Shown here: one piece after another, positions 1 to 9,567 of the stretch | How positions within the stretch are numbered: position 1 is the first letter of the stretch | How the letters are laid out: each line of letters starts with the position of its first letter | Assembly: GCA_042094875.1 (NCBI GenBank) | Contig: JBELCI010000012.1 | Span: forward strand, 30,104 to 94,103 | Length of the DNA: 64,000 nt | From: OM43 beta proteobacterium | GTDB lineage: Bacteria; Pseudomonadota; Gammaproteobacteria; Burkholderiales; Methylophilaceae | Direction: 5' to 3' | Notes under the pieces: model-generated | Seen by the model: only the letters and a program-made list of their open reading frames with translations | What the model was told of the DNA's origin: nothing | Databases searched by the model: none | Program-made: the position numbers and the translations under genes

Positions 1-99
1 ATAGTAATGAAACAGATAAACGTAAGTTACTGATAGAAGAATAAATTTATTAATACTATTAACAGCTTTATAATTCGTATGTATTTCTATAATTAATAT

Positions 100-855
100 A
101 TGCAGCCTATTTCAAAAAGTAATTGGGTTGAAGGTAAGGTTCTGGAACAAAAAAATTGGACTGACACATTAGCATCAATTAAAATTGCTGCTAAAGTAAA
201 TCCATATATCTCAGGTCAATTTACTAGAATAGCGCTAGAAATAAATAATGAAATTATTAGCAGGCCTTACTCTTATGTCAGTGCTCCTTCAGATAATTTC
301 CTAGAAATTGTTTACGTTAAAATACCTGATGGAACACTCACCCCAAAACTAAGCGAACTTAAATCTGGTGATAAAATATTAGTTAATAATAACGCTTTTG
401 GTTATTTTGTTATGAGCGAGGTTCCAAAAGGAGAAAACTTATGGTTATTGGCTACAGGAACTGGTTCAGGTGTATTTATTTCGTTATTAAAAACAGATGT
501 TCCTTGGAATAGATTTAAAAAAGTTATCTTAATTCATGGGGTGAGAAATAAAGAAGAATTAACCTATTTAGATCAAATAGCTAAATTTAAAAATAAATAT
601 CCACAAAAATTTAATTACATCAAATCTGTTACAAGAGAAAAAATTGATGGGTGTTTAAATACAAGAATACCAAATGCAATTGAAAATGGAATATTTGAAA
701 CTACTACTAAAATCAAAATATCTAAAACTTCTCAATTCATGATATGTGGTAATCCAGATATGATAAAAGAAACAATTAATAATTTAAAAAATAAAGGCCT
801 AGAAATTAATCGACGAAGCAAACCTGGAAATATCACAATAGAAAAATACTGGTAA
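100..855 (+). CDS. fpr: ferredoxin--NADP(+) reductase (Fpr/flavodoxin reductase family)
   Basis: 251-aa ORF with RPYSYVS (FAD-binding R-x-Y-S), LLATGTGSG nucleotide-binding motif and C-terminal EKYW resembling the Fpr C-terminus. Confidence 0.85.
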   Translation: MQPISKSNWVEGKVLEQKNWTDTLASIKIAAKVNPYISGQFTRIALEINNEIISRPYSYVSAPSDNFLEIVYVKIPDGTLTPKLSELKSGDKILVNNNAFGYFVMSEVPKGENLWLLATGTGSGVFISLLKTDVPWNRFKKVILIHGVRNKEELTYLDQIAKFKNKYPQKFNYIKSVTREKIDGCLNTRIPNAIENGIFETTTKIKISKTSQFMICGNPDMIKETINNLKNKGLEINRRSKPGNITIEKYW

Positions 856-860
856 ATTAA

Positions 861-2039
861 TTACACATTCCATAGTCTAGTTTTTCTTATTGTAAAGAAA
901 CCGAAACTAATCAATAAAAATAATCCTATTGATAACCCAAAAGTAGAAAACCAAAGAATCGGCACAAGAAGACCCGCTACAACTGAAGAAAATAACATCT
1001 GCATAAAAGCTTGACCTGATGCAGCTGTACCTCTAATTTTAGGAAAACAGTCTAAAGCTGCAATCGAGATAATTGGCATAGCGGAAGCCATACCAATATT
1101 ATATAAAGCAATAAAACCTATATTAATAGCGGCATTATTTGGCATAAAACAACAAAACAATAAGTTAGTTAAAGAAATAGCAAACATCCAATAATAACCA
1201 AATCTTAGAACTAATTTAGAATCAATAACACCTGCAGCTCTTTTTACTATAAATGATCCAAGCATCATTCCTGAAACAGTTGGTATGAATAAATACCCAA
1301 ACTGTTGCGGTGTAAATCCAAGATGGTCGATTAAAAATATAGGGCTAGCTAAAACATATATAAAAAAAGCTGCAAAATTTGATGAAACAGAAACAATTAA
1401 TAATATGAATTCTTTATTTAATAATAAAGTTTTATATCTACTAATAGCTCCTATAATTGAAAAAGGTACACGCATTGATTTTTTTACAGTTTCGGACAGG
1501 ATTGTAGAACCCATCAATATTGCTACTCCTGCATAAACAGCAAGAAAAATAAATATAGCTTGCCAGTGAAATCCTAAAAGAAGCCCACCAATCATCGGAG
1601 CAATAGCTGGTGCAATTCCAAATAATATTTGAACAGTAGCCATAACTCTCTGGGCCTCAGCTCCATGATATATATCTCTTACCATTGCCCTAGCAACAAC
1701 ACTTCCAGCGCCTCCCCCAATACCCTGCAGAGCTCTAAAAAACCATAATGATTCAATAGTTGTTGAAAATACACAACCTAAAGAAGCAATAAAAAATAAC
1801 ATTAATCCCCATTGAAGAGTCTTTATTCTACCAATAGCATCAGATATTGGCCCATGGAATAAAAGCATTACTGTATAAGGTAAAAGGTAAAAAGTTAAAC
1901 TTTGCTGAATACCTTGAGGAGTGGTAAATAAATCTTTACTAATAATATGAAATGCAGGAAGGTAAGTATCAATTGCGAAAGGAGCAAGTGATGATAATGC
2001 TGCTAAGGTTATTACCTTTGGGTTTAAAAAAAGACTCAT
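861..2039 (-). CDS. MFS transporter, Bcr/CflA-like drug/metabolite efflux family
   Basis: 392-aa ORF that is hydrophobic throughout (about 12 predicted TM segments). MFS motif A-like GPISDAIGRIKT. Starts 21 nt after the pqqE stop on the same strand. Confidence 0.8.
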   Translation of the reverse strand: MSLFLNPKVITLAALSSLAPFAIDTYLPAFHIISKDLFTTPQGIQQSLTFYLLPYTVMLLFHGPISDAIGRIKTLQWGLMLFFIASLGCVFSTTIESLWFFRALQGIGGGAGSVVARAMVRDIYHGAEAQRVMATVQILFGIAPAIAPMIGGLLLGFHWQAIFIFLAVYAGVAILMGSTILSETVKKSMRVPFSIIGAISRYKTLLLNKEFILLIVSVSSNFAAFFIYVLASPIFLIDHLGFTPQQFGYLFIPTVSGMMLGSFIVKRAAGVIDSKLVLRFGYYWMFAISLTNLLFCCFMPNNAAINIGFIALYNIGMASAMPIISIAALDCFPKIRGTAASGQAFMQMLFSSVVAGLLVPILWFSTFGLSIGLFLLISFGFFTIRKTRLWNV

Positions 2040-2060
2040 ATTAGCCTAATGTAAATGCAA

Positions 2061-3251
2061 CTAAGGAGTAGCGTGAAATTTTTCTAGTCTTTCTTTTTCA
2101 TCACCATCAGATATTTTTTTAGAATTTTTATTTGATCTAAACATAATAGGTTTGGCTTCGACACCTGGATTTTCAGTATCCTTTATTGCTTGATCAATTA
2201 AATGACGATTTGGAGATTTCGTACAAACAGGATCAGCGCTTTCTGCATCACCCGACAATAATAAAGCTTGACACCTACATCCACCTAAATCGTTTTCTTT
2301 CTCAGAACAGCTTCTACATGGCTCTTTCATCCAGTCATCACCGCGGAATTTATTAAAAGCTGGGGAATCATACCATGCACCTTTTAAACCTGTATCTTTA
2401 ACATTAGGAAATTCTAAGTTAGGAATAACTCTGGCAGAATGGCAAGGAAGTACGTCACCATTAGCAGTTACTATCATAAATACTTCACCCCAGCCGTTCA
2501 TACATTTTTTTGGTCTTTCATCATAATAATCTGGAACTACAAAAAATATCTTCATTTTATTACCAATACGCTCACGAAATTCATTTGTAACTTTTTCAGC
2601 ATGCAAAACTTGTTCTCTTTTTGGCATTAACTGATCTCTATTAACTAAAGACCATCCATAATATTGTGTATTTGCTAATTCAATATAGTCAGCTCCCAAA
2701 CCTTCTGCCATTTCAAGAATTTCTTTTATGTGATCAATATTATATCGATGTAATACAACATTAAGCACCATCGGGTAACCTCTATCTTTAATCATAGCCG
2801 CTATTTTTTGTTTTAATTTAAAGGTTTTAGTATTAGTTATAAAATTATTTATTTCTTCAGTTATGTCATGCATTGATAGTTGAATATGGTCAAGACCTCC
2901 ATCTTTCAATGCGTCAATTCTTTTTTCATTCATTCCTGCACCGGAGGTTATTAAATTACTGTAGTAACCTAAAGAACTTGCCTCAGTAACAATTTCTTCA
3001 ATATCCTTCCGGAGTAATGGCTCTCCTCCAGAAAGTCCAAGCTGGGCAGCTCCTAAATCTCTCGCTTGCCTTAAAACCTTTATCCAGGAATCAGTATCTA
3101 ATTCATTTTGAGTGTGTTTGTCAAAATCTGTTGGGTTATAACAGAAAGCACATTGAAGTGGGCATTGATACGTAATTTCAGCAAGTAACCACAATGGCTG
3201 TGTTGCTGTTGTTGATGCTGAAACACCATTATTTTTTTTATCTAATACCAT
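2061..3251 (-). CDS. pqqE: PQQ biosynthesis radical-SAM enzyme PqqE
   Basis: CPLQCAFCYN radical-SAM CxxxCxxC motif, C-terminal Cys-rich SPASM-like region (CRSCSEKENDLGGCRCQ) and position after pqqD. Confidence 0.93.
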   Translation of the reverse strand: MVLDKKNNGVSASTTATQPLWLLAEITYQCPLQCAFCYNPTDFDKHTQNELDTDSWIKVLRQARDLGAAQLGLSGGEPLLRKDIEEIVTEASSLGYYSNLITSGAGMNEKRIDALKDGGLDHIQLSMHDITEEINNFITNTKTFKLKQKIAAMIKDRGYPMVLNVVLHRYNIDHIKEILEMAEGLGADYIELANTQYYGWSLVNRDQLMPKREQVLHAEKVTNEFRERIGNKMKIFFVVPDYYDERPKKCMNGWGEVFMIVTANGDVLPCHSARVIPNLEFPNVKDTGLKGAWYDSPAFNKFRGDDWMKEPCRSCSEKENDLGGCRCQALLLSGDAESADPVCTKSPNRHLIDQAIKDTENPGVEAKPIMFRSNKNSKKISDGDEKERLEKFHATP

Positions 3252-3255
3252 TTTT

Positions 3256-3534
3256 TTAGTTTACCTTCTCAATCCATGCTTTATCTAAAGCTAACTCTAT
3301 CATTCCTTCAATATCTTTAGCAATATTTGGGACATCTGTAAATTTCTTACTTAATATCTCTGTTATAGATTCAACAGTTGATTCACCGTTAACTAAATTT
3401 AAAACCTCACCGGCGCTTCCATTTAATTTAACCATACCTTCTGGAAATAGAATTACATAACAGTCCTGTGCTTTTTCCCACTGAAATCGATGATGTGCTG
3501 CAATTTTATATATATCTTTAGTGTCAATGGCCAT
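3256..3534 (-). CDS. pqqD: PQQ biosynthesis peptide chaperone PqqD
   Basis: 92-aa ORF between pqqC and pqqE; size and order are typical of PqqD. Confidence 0.85.
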   Translation of the reverse strand: MAIDTKDIYKIAAHHRFQWEKAQDCYVILFPEGMVKLNGSAGEVLNLVNGESTVESITEILSKKFTDVPNIAKDIEGMIELALDKAWIEKVN

Positions 3535-3536
3535 AA

Positions 3537-4271
3537 TTAATTTATTGGTTGCCTTAAATAATCTCTATCTTCTACTTTTATATTTGATGATGCAAGCATA
3601 ATTGAATCAGCAATCACCCATAAAACATTTAATTTGAATTGTAGAATCTCTAAAGCTTGCTCTTGCATCTCTCTTGTTTGACTAAAATAATCTAAAGTAA
3701 CACCTAAACCATGCTCAACATCCCTTCTAGCTTCTGTTAAACGCTTTTTAAAATAACTAAGTCCTGATTCATCAATCCAAGGATACATTTTTGGCCAAGA
3801 ACTTATTCTCTGTTGGTGGATATGAGGAGCGAATAGCTCTGTTAATGAGGAACAGATTGACTCCTGCCATGAACGCTGTTTAGCAAAATTAATGTAAGCA
3901 TCAACAGCAAATTTAACTCCGGGACTAACGTGTTTTAAAGAAGTTACATCCTCTCTTGATAAACCAACAGCCTTACCAAGGTTTATCCAAGCCTCTATAC
4001 CGCCTTCAACTTCTCCCTCCCCATCATGATCAAGGATTCTTACAATCCATTCTTTTCTAATTTCTTGAATAGGACAATTAGATAAAATTGCAGCATCTTT
4101 TATTGGAATACTTATCTGATAATAAAATCTATTTAGGACCCAACTTTGAAGTTGCTCTTTAGATAATTTACCTTCATACATCATTACATGAAAAGGATGA
4201 TAAATATGATACCCCTTACCTTTTTCTCTTAATCTGTTCTCAAATTCTTCTCTTGTCCAAGGCTTTGTCAT
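3537..4271 (-). CDS. pqqC: pyrroloquinoline-quinone synthase PqqC
   Basis: 244-aa ORF; start of the protein ([32 protein letters not shown]) matches the conserved PqqC N-terminal region. Confidence 0.93.
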   Translation of the reverse strand: MTKPWTREEFENRLREKGKGYHIYHPFHVMMYEGKLSKEQLQSWVLNRFYYQISIPIKDAAILSNCPIQEIRKEWIVRILDHDGEGEVEGGIEAWINLGKAVGLSREDVTSLKHVSPGVKFAVDAYINFAKQRSWQESICSSLTELFAPHIHQQRISSWPKMYPWIDESGLSYFKKRLTEARRDVEHGLGVTLDYFSQTREMQEQALEILQFKLNVLWVIADSIMLASSNIKVEDRDYLRQPIN

Positions 4272-4280
4272 TTTTTTTCC

Positions 4281-5195
4281 TTAAATAATAATGTCCATAC
4301 CATCGTAGGACACTTCTATATTATTTGAATTCAAGAATTTTCTCTCTTCAGATTCTTCATTAAGGATTGGATTGGTATTATTAATATGAATAAGAATCTT
4401 ACGAGGTTTTTGGAGTGAGTTAAGGGTGTCAATTATGCCCCCTTTGCTCGACTGATCTAAGTGACCCATCTCACTAGCTAATTTATCATTAACTCCAGCT
4501 CTTGACATTTCATCGTTGGTCCATACTGTCCCATCGATTAAAACTACGTCTGCATTTTTCAGATACTCATATACATGATCTTCAATAACCCCTAGTCCTG
4601 GAGCATAAAAAAGATTTTTTCCTGTTTTTGTATCCTCCATTTTATAACCTACATTATCCCCAGGAACAGTATTATGCCTATGTGGAGAGTATGGTGGAGC
4701 TTCACTTTGAAGTGGGACAGCTGTAAAAATTATATTATCAGCTTTTGGAATTTCATATGAAATTTGCTCAGTTGATACTTCGTGCCAGTTAACCCCTCTA
4801 AAATGTTCCAAAATATTAAAAATAGGAAATCCTGTTGTCATATCCTCATATACAGATTTAGTGCAATATATATCCCAAGGCTTATCGTGTTCTCTTAAAC
4901 TTAATAAGCCTGTTGTATGATCTATTTGACTATCAGTAATAACAATAGATGAAATACCTGTATCTCTTATTTTTCTGGCTGGTTGAAGCGGTGGAAAAGA
5001 TTCAATTTGAGCTCTTATGTCTGGGGATGCATTAAATAAAATCCAATCCACACCATTTGAACTAACGGTTATTGAAGATTGGTTTCTTGCTTTAAAATTT
5101 GGATTTCCTGCCCTGACACCTCGACAATTTTCACCATTATCATTCCATTGGGGAAATCCGCCACCAGCACCAGAACCTAAAACACGAATATGCAT
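4281..5195 (-). CDS. pqqB: PQQ biosynthesis protein PqqB (metallo-beta-lactamase fold)
   Basis: MHIRVLGSGAGGGFPQWN N-terminus typical of PqqB. I prefer ATG at 5195 (AAGGG SD 6 nt upstream) over the TTG at 5201 used by the ORF track. Confidence 0.92.
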   Translation of the reverse strand: MHIRVLGSGAGGGFPQWNDNGENCRGVRAGNPNFKARNQSSITVSSNGVDWILFNASPDIRAQIESFPPLQPARKIRDTGISSIVITDSQIDHTTGLLSLREHDKPWDIYCTKSVYEDMTTGFPIFNILEHFRGVNWHEVSTEQISYEIPKADNIIFTAVPLQSEAPPYSPHRHNTVPGDNVGYKMEDTKTGKNLFYAPGLGVIEDHVYEYLKNADVVLIDGTVWTNDEMSRAGVNDKLASEMGHLDQSSKGGIIDTLNSLQKPRKILIHINNTNPILNEESEERKFLNSNNIEVSYDGMDIII

Positions 5196-5265
5196 TAACA
5201 ACCCTTAATCCAATTAAAACCGAATATTGACTGAGGATGTTAAATCAGAACAGGGGAAAATATCT

Positions 5266-5290
5266 AAAGCAAACTCATGAAATCCATGAG
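5266..5290 (-). terminator. weak candidate intrinsic terminator after the DAHP synthase gene
   Basis: Minus strand reads CUCAUG-GAUUU-CAUGAG followed by UUUGCUUU, starting immediately after the stop codon at 5291-5293. The stem is only 6 bp. Confidence 0.35.
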
Positions 5291-6313
5291 TTAATTCGAT
5301 ATATTACGACCTAATATCTTCGCGATAGCAGTCAAATCTTTCATTAAATCCTTTAATTCAGTTGGTGTTATAGCCTGATCTGCATCACACCATGCTTCAC
5401 ATGGGTTTGGATGCATTTCTACAAGTAATCCATCAGCACCGGCGGCGATACCCGCCCGAGATAGAGCTGCCACCATCCATGCTTTTCCTCCCGCATGAGA
5501 AGGATCAATAATTACAGGTAAATGTGTTTCTTTTTTTAAAACTGGAATCGCTGTAACGTCTAAAACATTTCTGTAGTAAGTTTCAAATGTTCTTATACCT
5601 CTTTCACAAAAGATAATGTTATGATTTCCTCCAGAAGCAATATACTCAGCGGCCATTAACCATTCAGAAATTGTTGCAGACATCCCTCTTTTCAAAATAA
5701 CTGGAATTTTGAGAGTTCCGACTTCCCTTAGTAATTCAAAATTTTGCATACTTCTTGTACCTATTTGGATCACATCAACTTTCTGTTCTAAAAACTTATC
5801 AAGATGTCTTACATCTAAAAGTTCGGTAACGATTGGTAATCCTTCATCATCAGCTGCTTTTCTGAACATCTCTAAGCCATCAAAACCTACTCCCTGAAAA
5901 GTATAAGGGCTAGTTCTTGGTTTAAAAGCCCCACCTCTCATTAACTTTACACCCGCTGCCTTAACAGCTTTAGCTGATTTTTGCATCTGTTCTGGTGTTT
6001 CAACTGAACATGGTCCTGAAACAATTTGGATATGTTTTCCACCAATTAAATGACCTTTTATGTCTAAAACCGTATCTTTAGGATGCCATTCACGCGCAAC
6101 AATTTTGTATGGCTTAACAATATGCATTGCTTGTTCTACGCCAGGCAAATTATCCAATAGTTTAGGATCAAGTAATCTCTCATCTCCAACAGCACCAATT
6201 ACAGTTTTTTCAGTACCTTTAGATATACTCGCCTCTAAACCCTTGTCCTTAATTCTAGAAACAACAAGTTCAATTTGCTCTTCTGTTGCTGTTTTATTCA
6301 TTACTATAATCAT
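5291..6313 (-). CDS. 3-deoxy-7-phosphoheptulonate (DAHP) synthase, type I-beta with N-terminal ferredoxin-like regulatory domain
   Basis: 340 aa. Collinear by eye with my recollection of Thermotoga maritima DAHPS (MIVVLKPG..., GPCSVE, KPRTSPY.FQG, ERGIRTFE, DPSH). Confidence 0.88.
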   Translation of the reverse strand: MIIVMNKTATEEQIELVVSRIKDKGLEASISKGTEKTVIGAVGDERLLDPKLLDNLPGVEQAMHIVKPYKIVAREWHPKDTVLDIKGHLIGGKHIQIVSGPCSVETPEQMQKSAKAVKAAGVKLMRGGAFKPRTSPYTFQGVGFDGLEMFRKAADDEGLPIVTELLDVRHLDKFLEQKVDVIQIGTRSMQNFELLREVGTLKIPVILKRGMSATISEWLMAAEYIASGGNHNIIFCERGIRTFETYYRNVLDVTAIPVLKKETHLPVIIDPSHAGGKAWMVAALSRAGIAAGADGLLVEMHPNPCEAWCDADQAITPTELKDLMKDLTAIAKILGRNISN

Positions 6314-6321
6314 AAAAAATC

Positions 6322-7422
6322 CTATATGTTGCAGTTACTTAGATACTTAATAAATATCTTATTTTCTTTTTTAAGTCCAATACTGACTCTTAAAAATTCT
6401 GGTAAATCATAATTTGAAATTGGCCTTACAATCACACCATTTTTTAATAAATGGTGATAATACAGCATTGTTGTCTTCTCGTCTTGTAATTTAAAGCTCA
6501 CAAAATTTCCATATGAAGGAATAAACTCTATATTTAATTCTTTAAATGCCTGAACTATTTGAAACATTCCCTCATTATTGAGCTTTCTGCTTTGTTCAAT
6601 AAAATCTTTATCATTTAGTGATGCTATTGCAGCTTCTTGTGCAAGATGATTTACATTAAAAGGTTGTCGTACTCTATTCATTAACTCTATTAAATTTGGA
6701 GAGCCAACACCATAACCTATCCTTAAACCGGCTAATCCATAAGCCTTTGAGAAACTTCTAGAAACAATTAGATTTCTATAAGTATCTATCCATTCAAATG
6801 AATTAGATTTCAAATCATCTAATAAATATTCATCATATGCTTCATCAAGAACTACTACAATGTGCTTGGGAATAGAATTCAAAAAAGATTTTAATGTCTT
6901 TTTGTCAATTAATGTTCCAGTAGGGTTATTTGGATTTGCTATAAAAATTAATTTAGTCTTTTTTGTAATCGAACTTGAGAATTTATTGAGATCATGACAA
7001 TATTTTGTAGCAGGAACCTCAACACCTTTAGCACCAATTGCTTTAGTTACAAGCTTATAAACAGCAAAAGCATGTTGAGAATATATTATTTCATCTTTTA
7101 AAGTTACAAAGGTTCTTGCGGCCAGCTCTAAAATATCGTTGGATCCATTACCCAAAATAATTTGATTAGGTGTTATAGAAAATTTTTCTGAAATTATTTT
7201 TTTGAGATGGAATCCATTTCCATCTGGATATCTTTCAACTTCTTTTAATGCGTTATTAATTGCTACCTTTGCAAACTGACTTATTCCGATTGGGTTTTCA
7301 TTCGAGGCTAATTTAATAATTTTATTTTCAGGAATTCCAAGCTCACGAGCAACTTCTGATATTGGCCTCCCTCCTTCATAAGGTTCTATATCAGAAATAT
7401 AATTTGCAACTTGAATAACCAT
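6322..7422 (-). CDS. hisC: histidinol-phosphate/aromatic aminotransferase (class II PLP)
   Basis: 366 aa with LASNENP, IANPNNPTG and SFSKAYGLAGLRIGY (PLP lysine) motifs. Sits in the conserved serC-pheA-hisC block. Confidence 0.9.
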   Translation of the reverse strand: MVIQVANYISDIEPYEGGRPISEVARELGIPENKIIKLASNENPIGISQFAKVAINNALKEVERYPDGNGFHLKKIISEKFSITPNQIILGNGSNDILELAARTFVTLKDEIIYSQHAFAVYKLVTKAIGAKGVEVPATKYCHDLNKFSSSITKKTKLIFIANPNNPTGTLIDKKTLKSFLNSIPKHIVVVLDEAYDEYLLDDLKSNSFEWIDTYRNLIVSRSFSKAYGLAGLRIGYGVGSPNLIELMNRVRQPFNVNHLAQEAAIASLNDKDFIEQSRKLNNEGMFQIVQAFKELNIEFIPSYGNFVSFKLQDEKTTMLYYHHLLKNGVIVRPISNYDLPEFLRVSIGLKKENKIFIKYLSNCNI

Positions 7423-7428
7423 CTGAAA

Positions 7429-8490
7429 TTAATTTTTAGGGTAAGAACCAAGAATCTTCATAAAAGATGCTTTGGACTCAATGACATTTAAAGCTGCTTT
7501 AACAGACTTTTTAGTTTGGTGTCCTTCAACATCTATAAAGAAAACATACTCCCACATACCAATCTTAGCTGGTCTAGATTCAAGTTTTGTCATACTCACT
7601 TTATTTTTTGCAAAAGGTGCCACTAACTCTGCAATAGCGCCAGGTTTATTCTTTGTTGCAACAACAATTGATGTTTTATCATTACTAGAAGGTTTAACAT
7701 CTTGCCTAGATAAAACTAAAAACCGAGTAGAGTTATTTTGTTCATCTTCAATATTTTGTTGTAAGACATTTAACTTAAATAAATCTGCAGCTCTATTGCT
7801 TGCAATTGCTGCAGTATTTTTTTCTTTGGAAGCAAGCCTTGCTCCTTCAGCATTACTCATTACCGCAACTTTTTTAATATCTGGTAAATTATTCATCAAC
7901 CAATCATGGCACTGTGCCAATGATTGTCCATGGGCATAAATAGTTTTAATCTTTGTTAAATTAGTATTTTTTGAAAGACAAAAATGATGAACAGGAAGTA
8001 TGATTTCTCCACAAATTTTTAAATCTTTTGTTAGTAATAAATCTAATGTTCGACTGATTGCGCCCTCTGTTGAATTTTCTACTGGCACTACTCCGTAATG
8101 AGCGATTCCAGATTGAACATCATTAAATACTTCATCAATACTATTTGTAGGAACACCATTAATATTTTCACCAAATTGACTAATTGTTGCCTCCTCACTA
8201 AATGTTCCCAGTGGGCCAAGGAAAGAAACGCTTAATTTTTTTTCTAATGCGCGACAATTAGAAATTATTGAATTAAAAATATTTTTAATACTTTCATTGG
8301 ATAGAGGTCCTTTATTATTTTTTAACAACTTTGAAAGAACCTGCGCCTCTCTTTCTGGTCGGTATATAATGCCATCATTTTTCAATTTTCCCACTTCTTG
8401 AGCAACAGCAGCCCTCTTAGATAGTAAATCTAATAATTTGTTATCAATATTATCGATATCAGTTCTTAATTTATTAAGATTTTTTTTCAT
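7429..8490 (-). CDS. pheA: bifunctional chorismate mutase / prephenate dehydratase (P-protein)
   Basis: 353 aa. N-terminal CM_2 helix (LRTDIDNIDNKLLDLLSKRA), PDT domain and C-terminal ACT with ESRP motif (TKLESRPAK). Confidence 0.92.
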   Translation of the reverse strand: MKKNLNKLRTDIDNIDNKLLDLLSKRAAVAQEVGKLKNDGIIYRPEREAQVLSKLLKNNKGPLSNESIKNIFNSIISNCRALEKKLSVSFLGPLGTFSEEATISQFGENINGVPTNSIDEVFNDVQSGIAHYGVVPVENSTEGAISRTLDLLLTKDLKICGEIILPVHHFCLSKNTNLTKIKTIYAHGQSLAQCHDWLMNNLPDIKKVAVMSNAEGARLASKEKNTAAIASNRAADLFKLNVLQQNIEDEQNNSTRFLVLSRQDVKPSSNDKTSIVVATKNKPGAIAELVAPFAKNKVSMTKLESRPAKIGMWEYVFFIDVEGHQTKKSVKAALNVIESKASFMKILGSYPKN

Positions 8491-9567
8491 TTAATACTTA
8501 TCTTTAAACTCTTTCATATAATCTACTAAAGCAACGACACCATCATATGGCATAGCATTGTATATTGATGCACGTAAACCACCTACTAATCTATGTCCTT
8601 TTAAACCACACAGACCATTTTTTTCAGCTCCAGTTAAAAAATCAGCTATTAATTCATTGTCATGAATTGTAAATGAAACATTCATTCGTGACCTATTTTG
8701 TTTATCTATATTATTAATGTAAAAATCAGTTGAATCAATAAAATCATATAAGTAATTTGCTTTTTGAATATTACTTTTTTCCATAGCTTGCAGTCCGCCA
8801 CTATCAAGTATCCAATCAAAAACTAATCCAGCCATATAAATACCAAACGAAGATGGGGTGTTAATCATAGAATTATTTTCTGATTGTGTCTTCCAATTAA
8901 ATGTTGATGGAGTTTTTTTGTCTGCAAAATCTAAAAGATCATCACGAACAATTAATATAGTTAATCCCGCAGGGCCAATATTTTTTTGAGCTCCAGCATA
9001 AATAACGCCATAGTTAGAGACGTCAATTGGTCTTGATAATATTGTTGAAGACATATCGCAAACAATAGGAATATTTTTAATGTTTGGATCATCAAAATAT
9101 TCAACCCCATGGATAGTTTCATTTAAACAAAAATGTATATAAGAGTCGTCTTTTTTATAATCCCAAGTTTTAACTATGGGTGCTTTTGTATAATTTATAC
9201 TTTCAGAAGAAGCAGCCAAATTAATCCCTGAAAAAGGTTGAGCATCATTAAAGGTTCTTTTGGACCAGTAACCTGATATTACATAGCTTGCAGTTTTACT
9301 ATTTAATAAATTCATTGGAACCATAAAGTTTTGAGTAACCGCTCCTCCCTGCAAAAAAAGTACTTTATAGTTATTTGGTAAATTTAATAGCTTTCTTAAA
9401 TTTAGTTCTGTATTTTCAATAATAGGAGCATATTCTTTTCCTCTATGAGACATTTCCATTACGGACATTCCAGAGTTCTGCCAGTTTAATAATTCAGACT
9501 GCGCTTTTAACAAAACTTTTTTTGGCAATATTGCTGGGCCAGCAGAAAAATTAAATTTGCAACTCAT
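8491..9567 (-). CDS. serC: phosphoserine aminotransferase
   Basis: [15 protein letters not shown] parallels E. coli SerC MAQIFNFSSGPAMLP. Start moved to the ATG at 9567, which still overlaps the gyrA 3' end by 17 nt. Confidence 0.9.
   Translation of the reverse strand: MSCKFNFSAGPAILPKKVLLKAQSELLNWQNSGMSVMEMSHRGKEYAPIIENTELNLRKLLNLPNNYKVLFLQGGAVTQNFMVPMNLLNSKTASYVISGYWSKRTFNDAQPFSGINLAASSESINYTKAPIVKTWDYKKDDSYIHFCLNETIHGVEYFDDPNIKNIPIVCDMSSTILSRPIDVSNYGVIYAGAQKNIGPAGLTILIVRDDLLDFADKKTPSTFNWKTQSENNSMINTPSSFGIYMAGLVFDWILDSGGLQAMEKSNIQKANYLYDFIDSTDFYINNIDKQNRSRMNVSFTIHDNELIADFLTGAEKNGLCGLKGHRLVGGLRASIYNAMPYDGVVALVDYMKEFKDKY

Noticed and set aside
1-44. A possible 3' end of a plus-strand gene (...SNETDKRKLLIEE-stop in frame 3).
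   Set aside because: Only 14 codons are visible, which is too short to recognise or to distinguish from non-coding sequence.
5196-5293. Possible hidden pqqA in the pqqB upstream spacer.
   Set aside because: All three minus-strand frames were translated by hand. The only started ORF is MDFMSLL-stop, and there is no E-x3-Y motif. The absence is reported as a finding instead.
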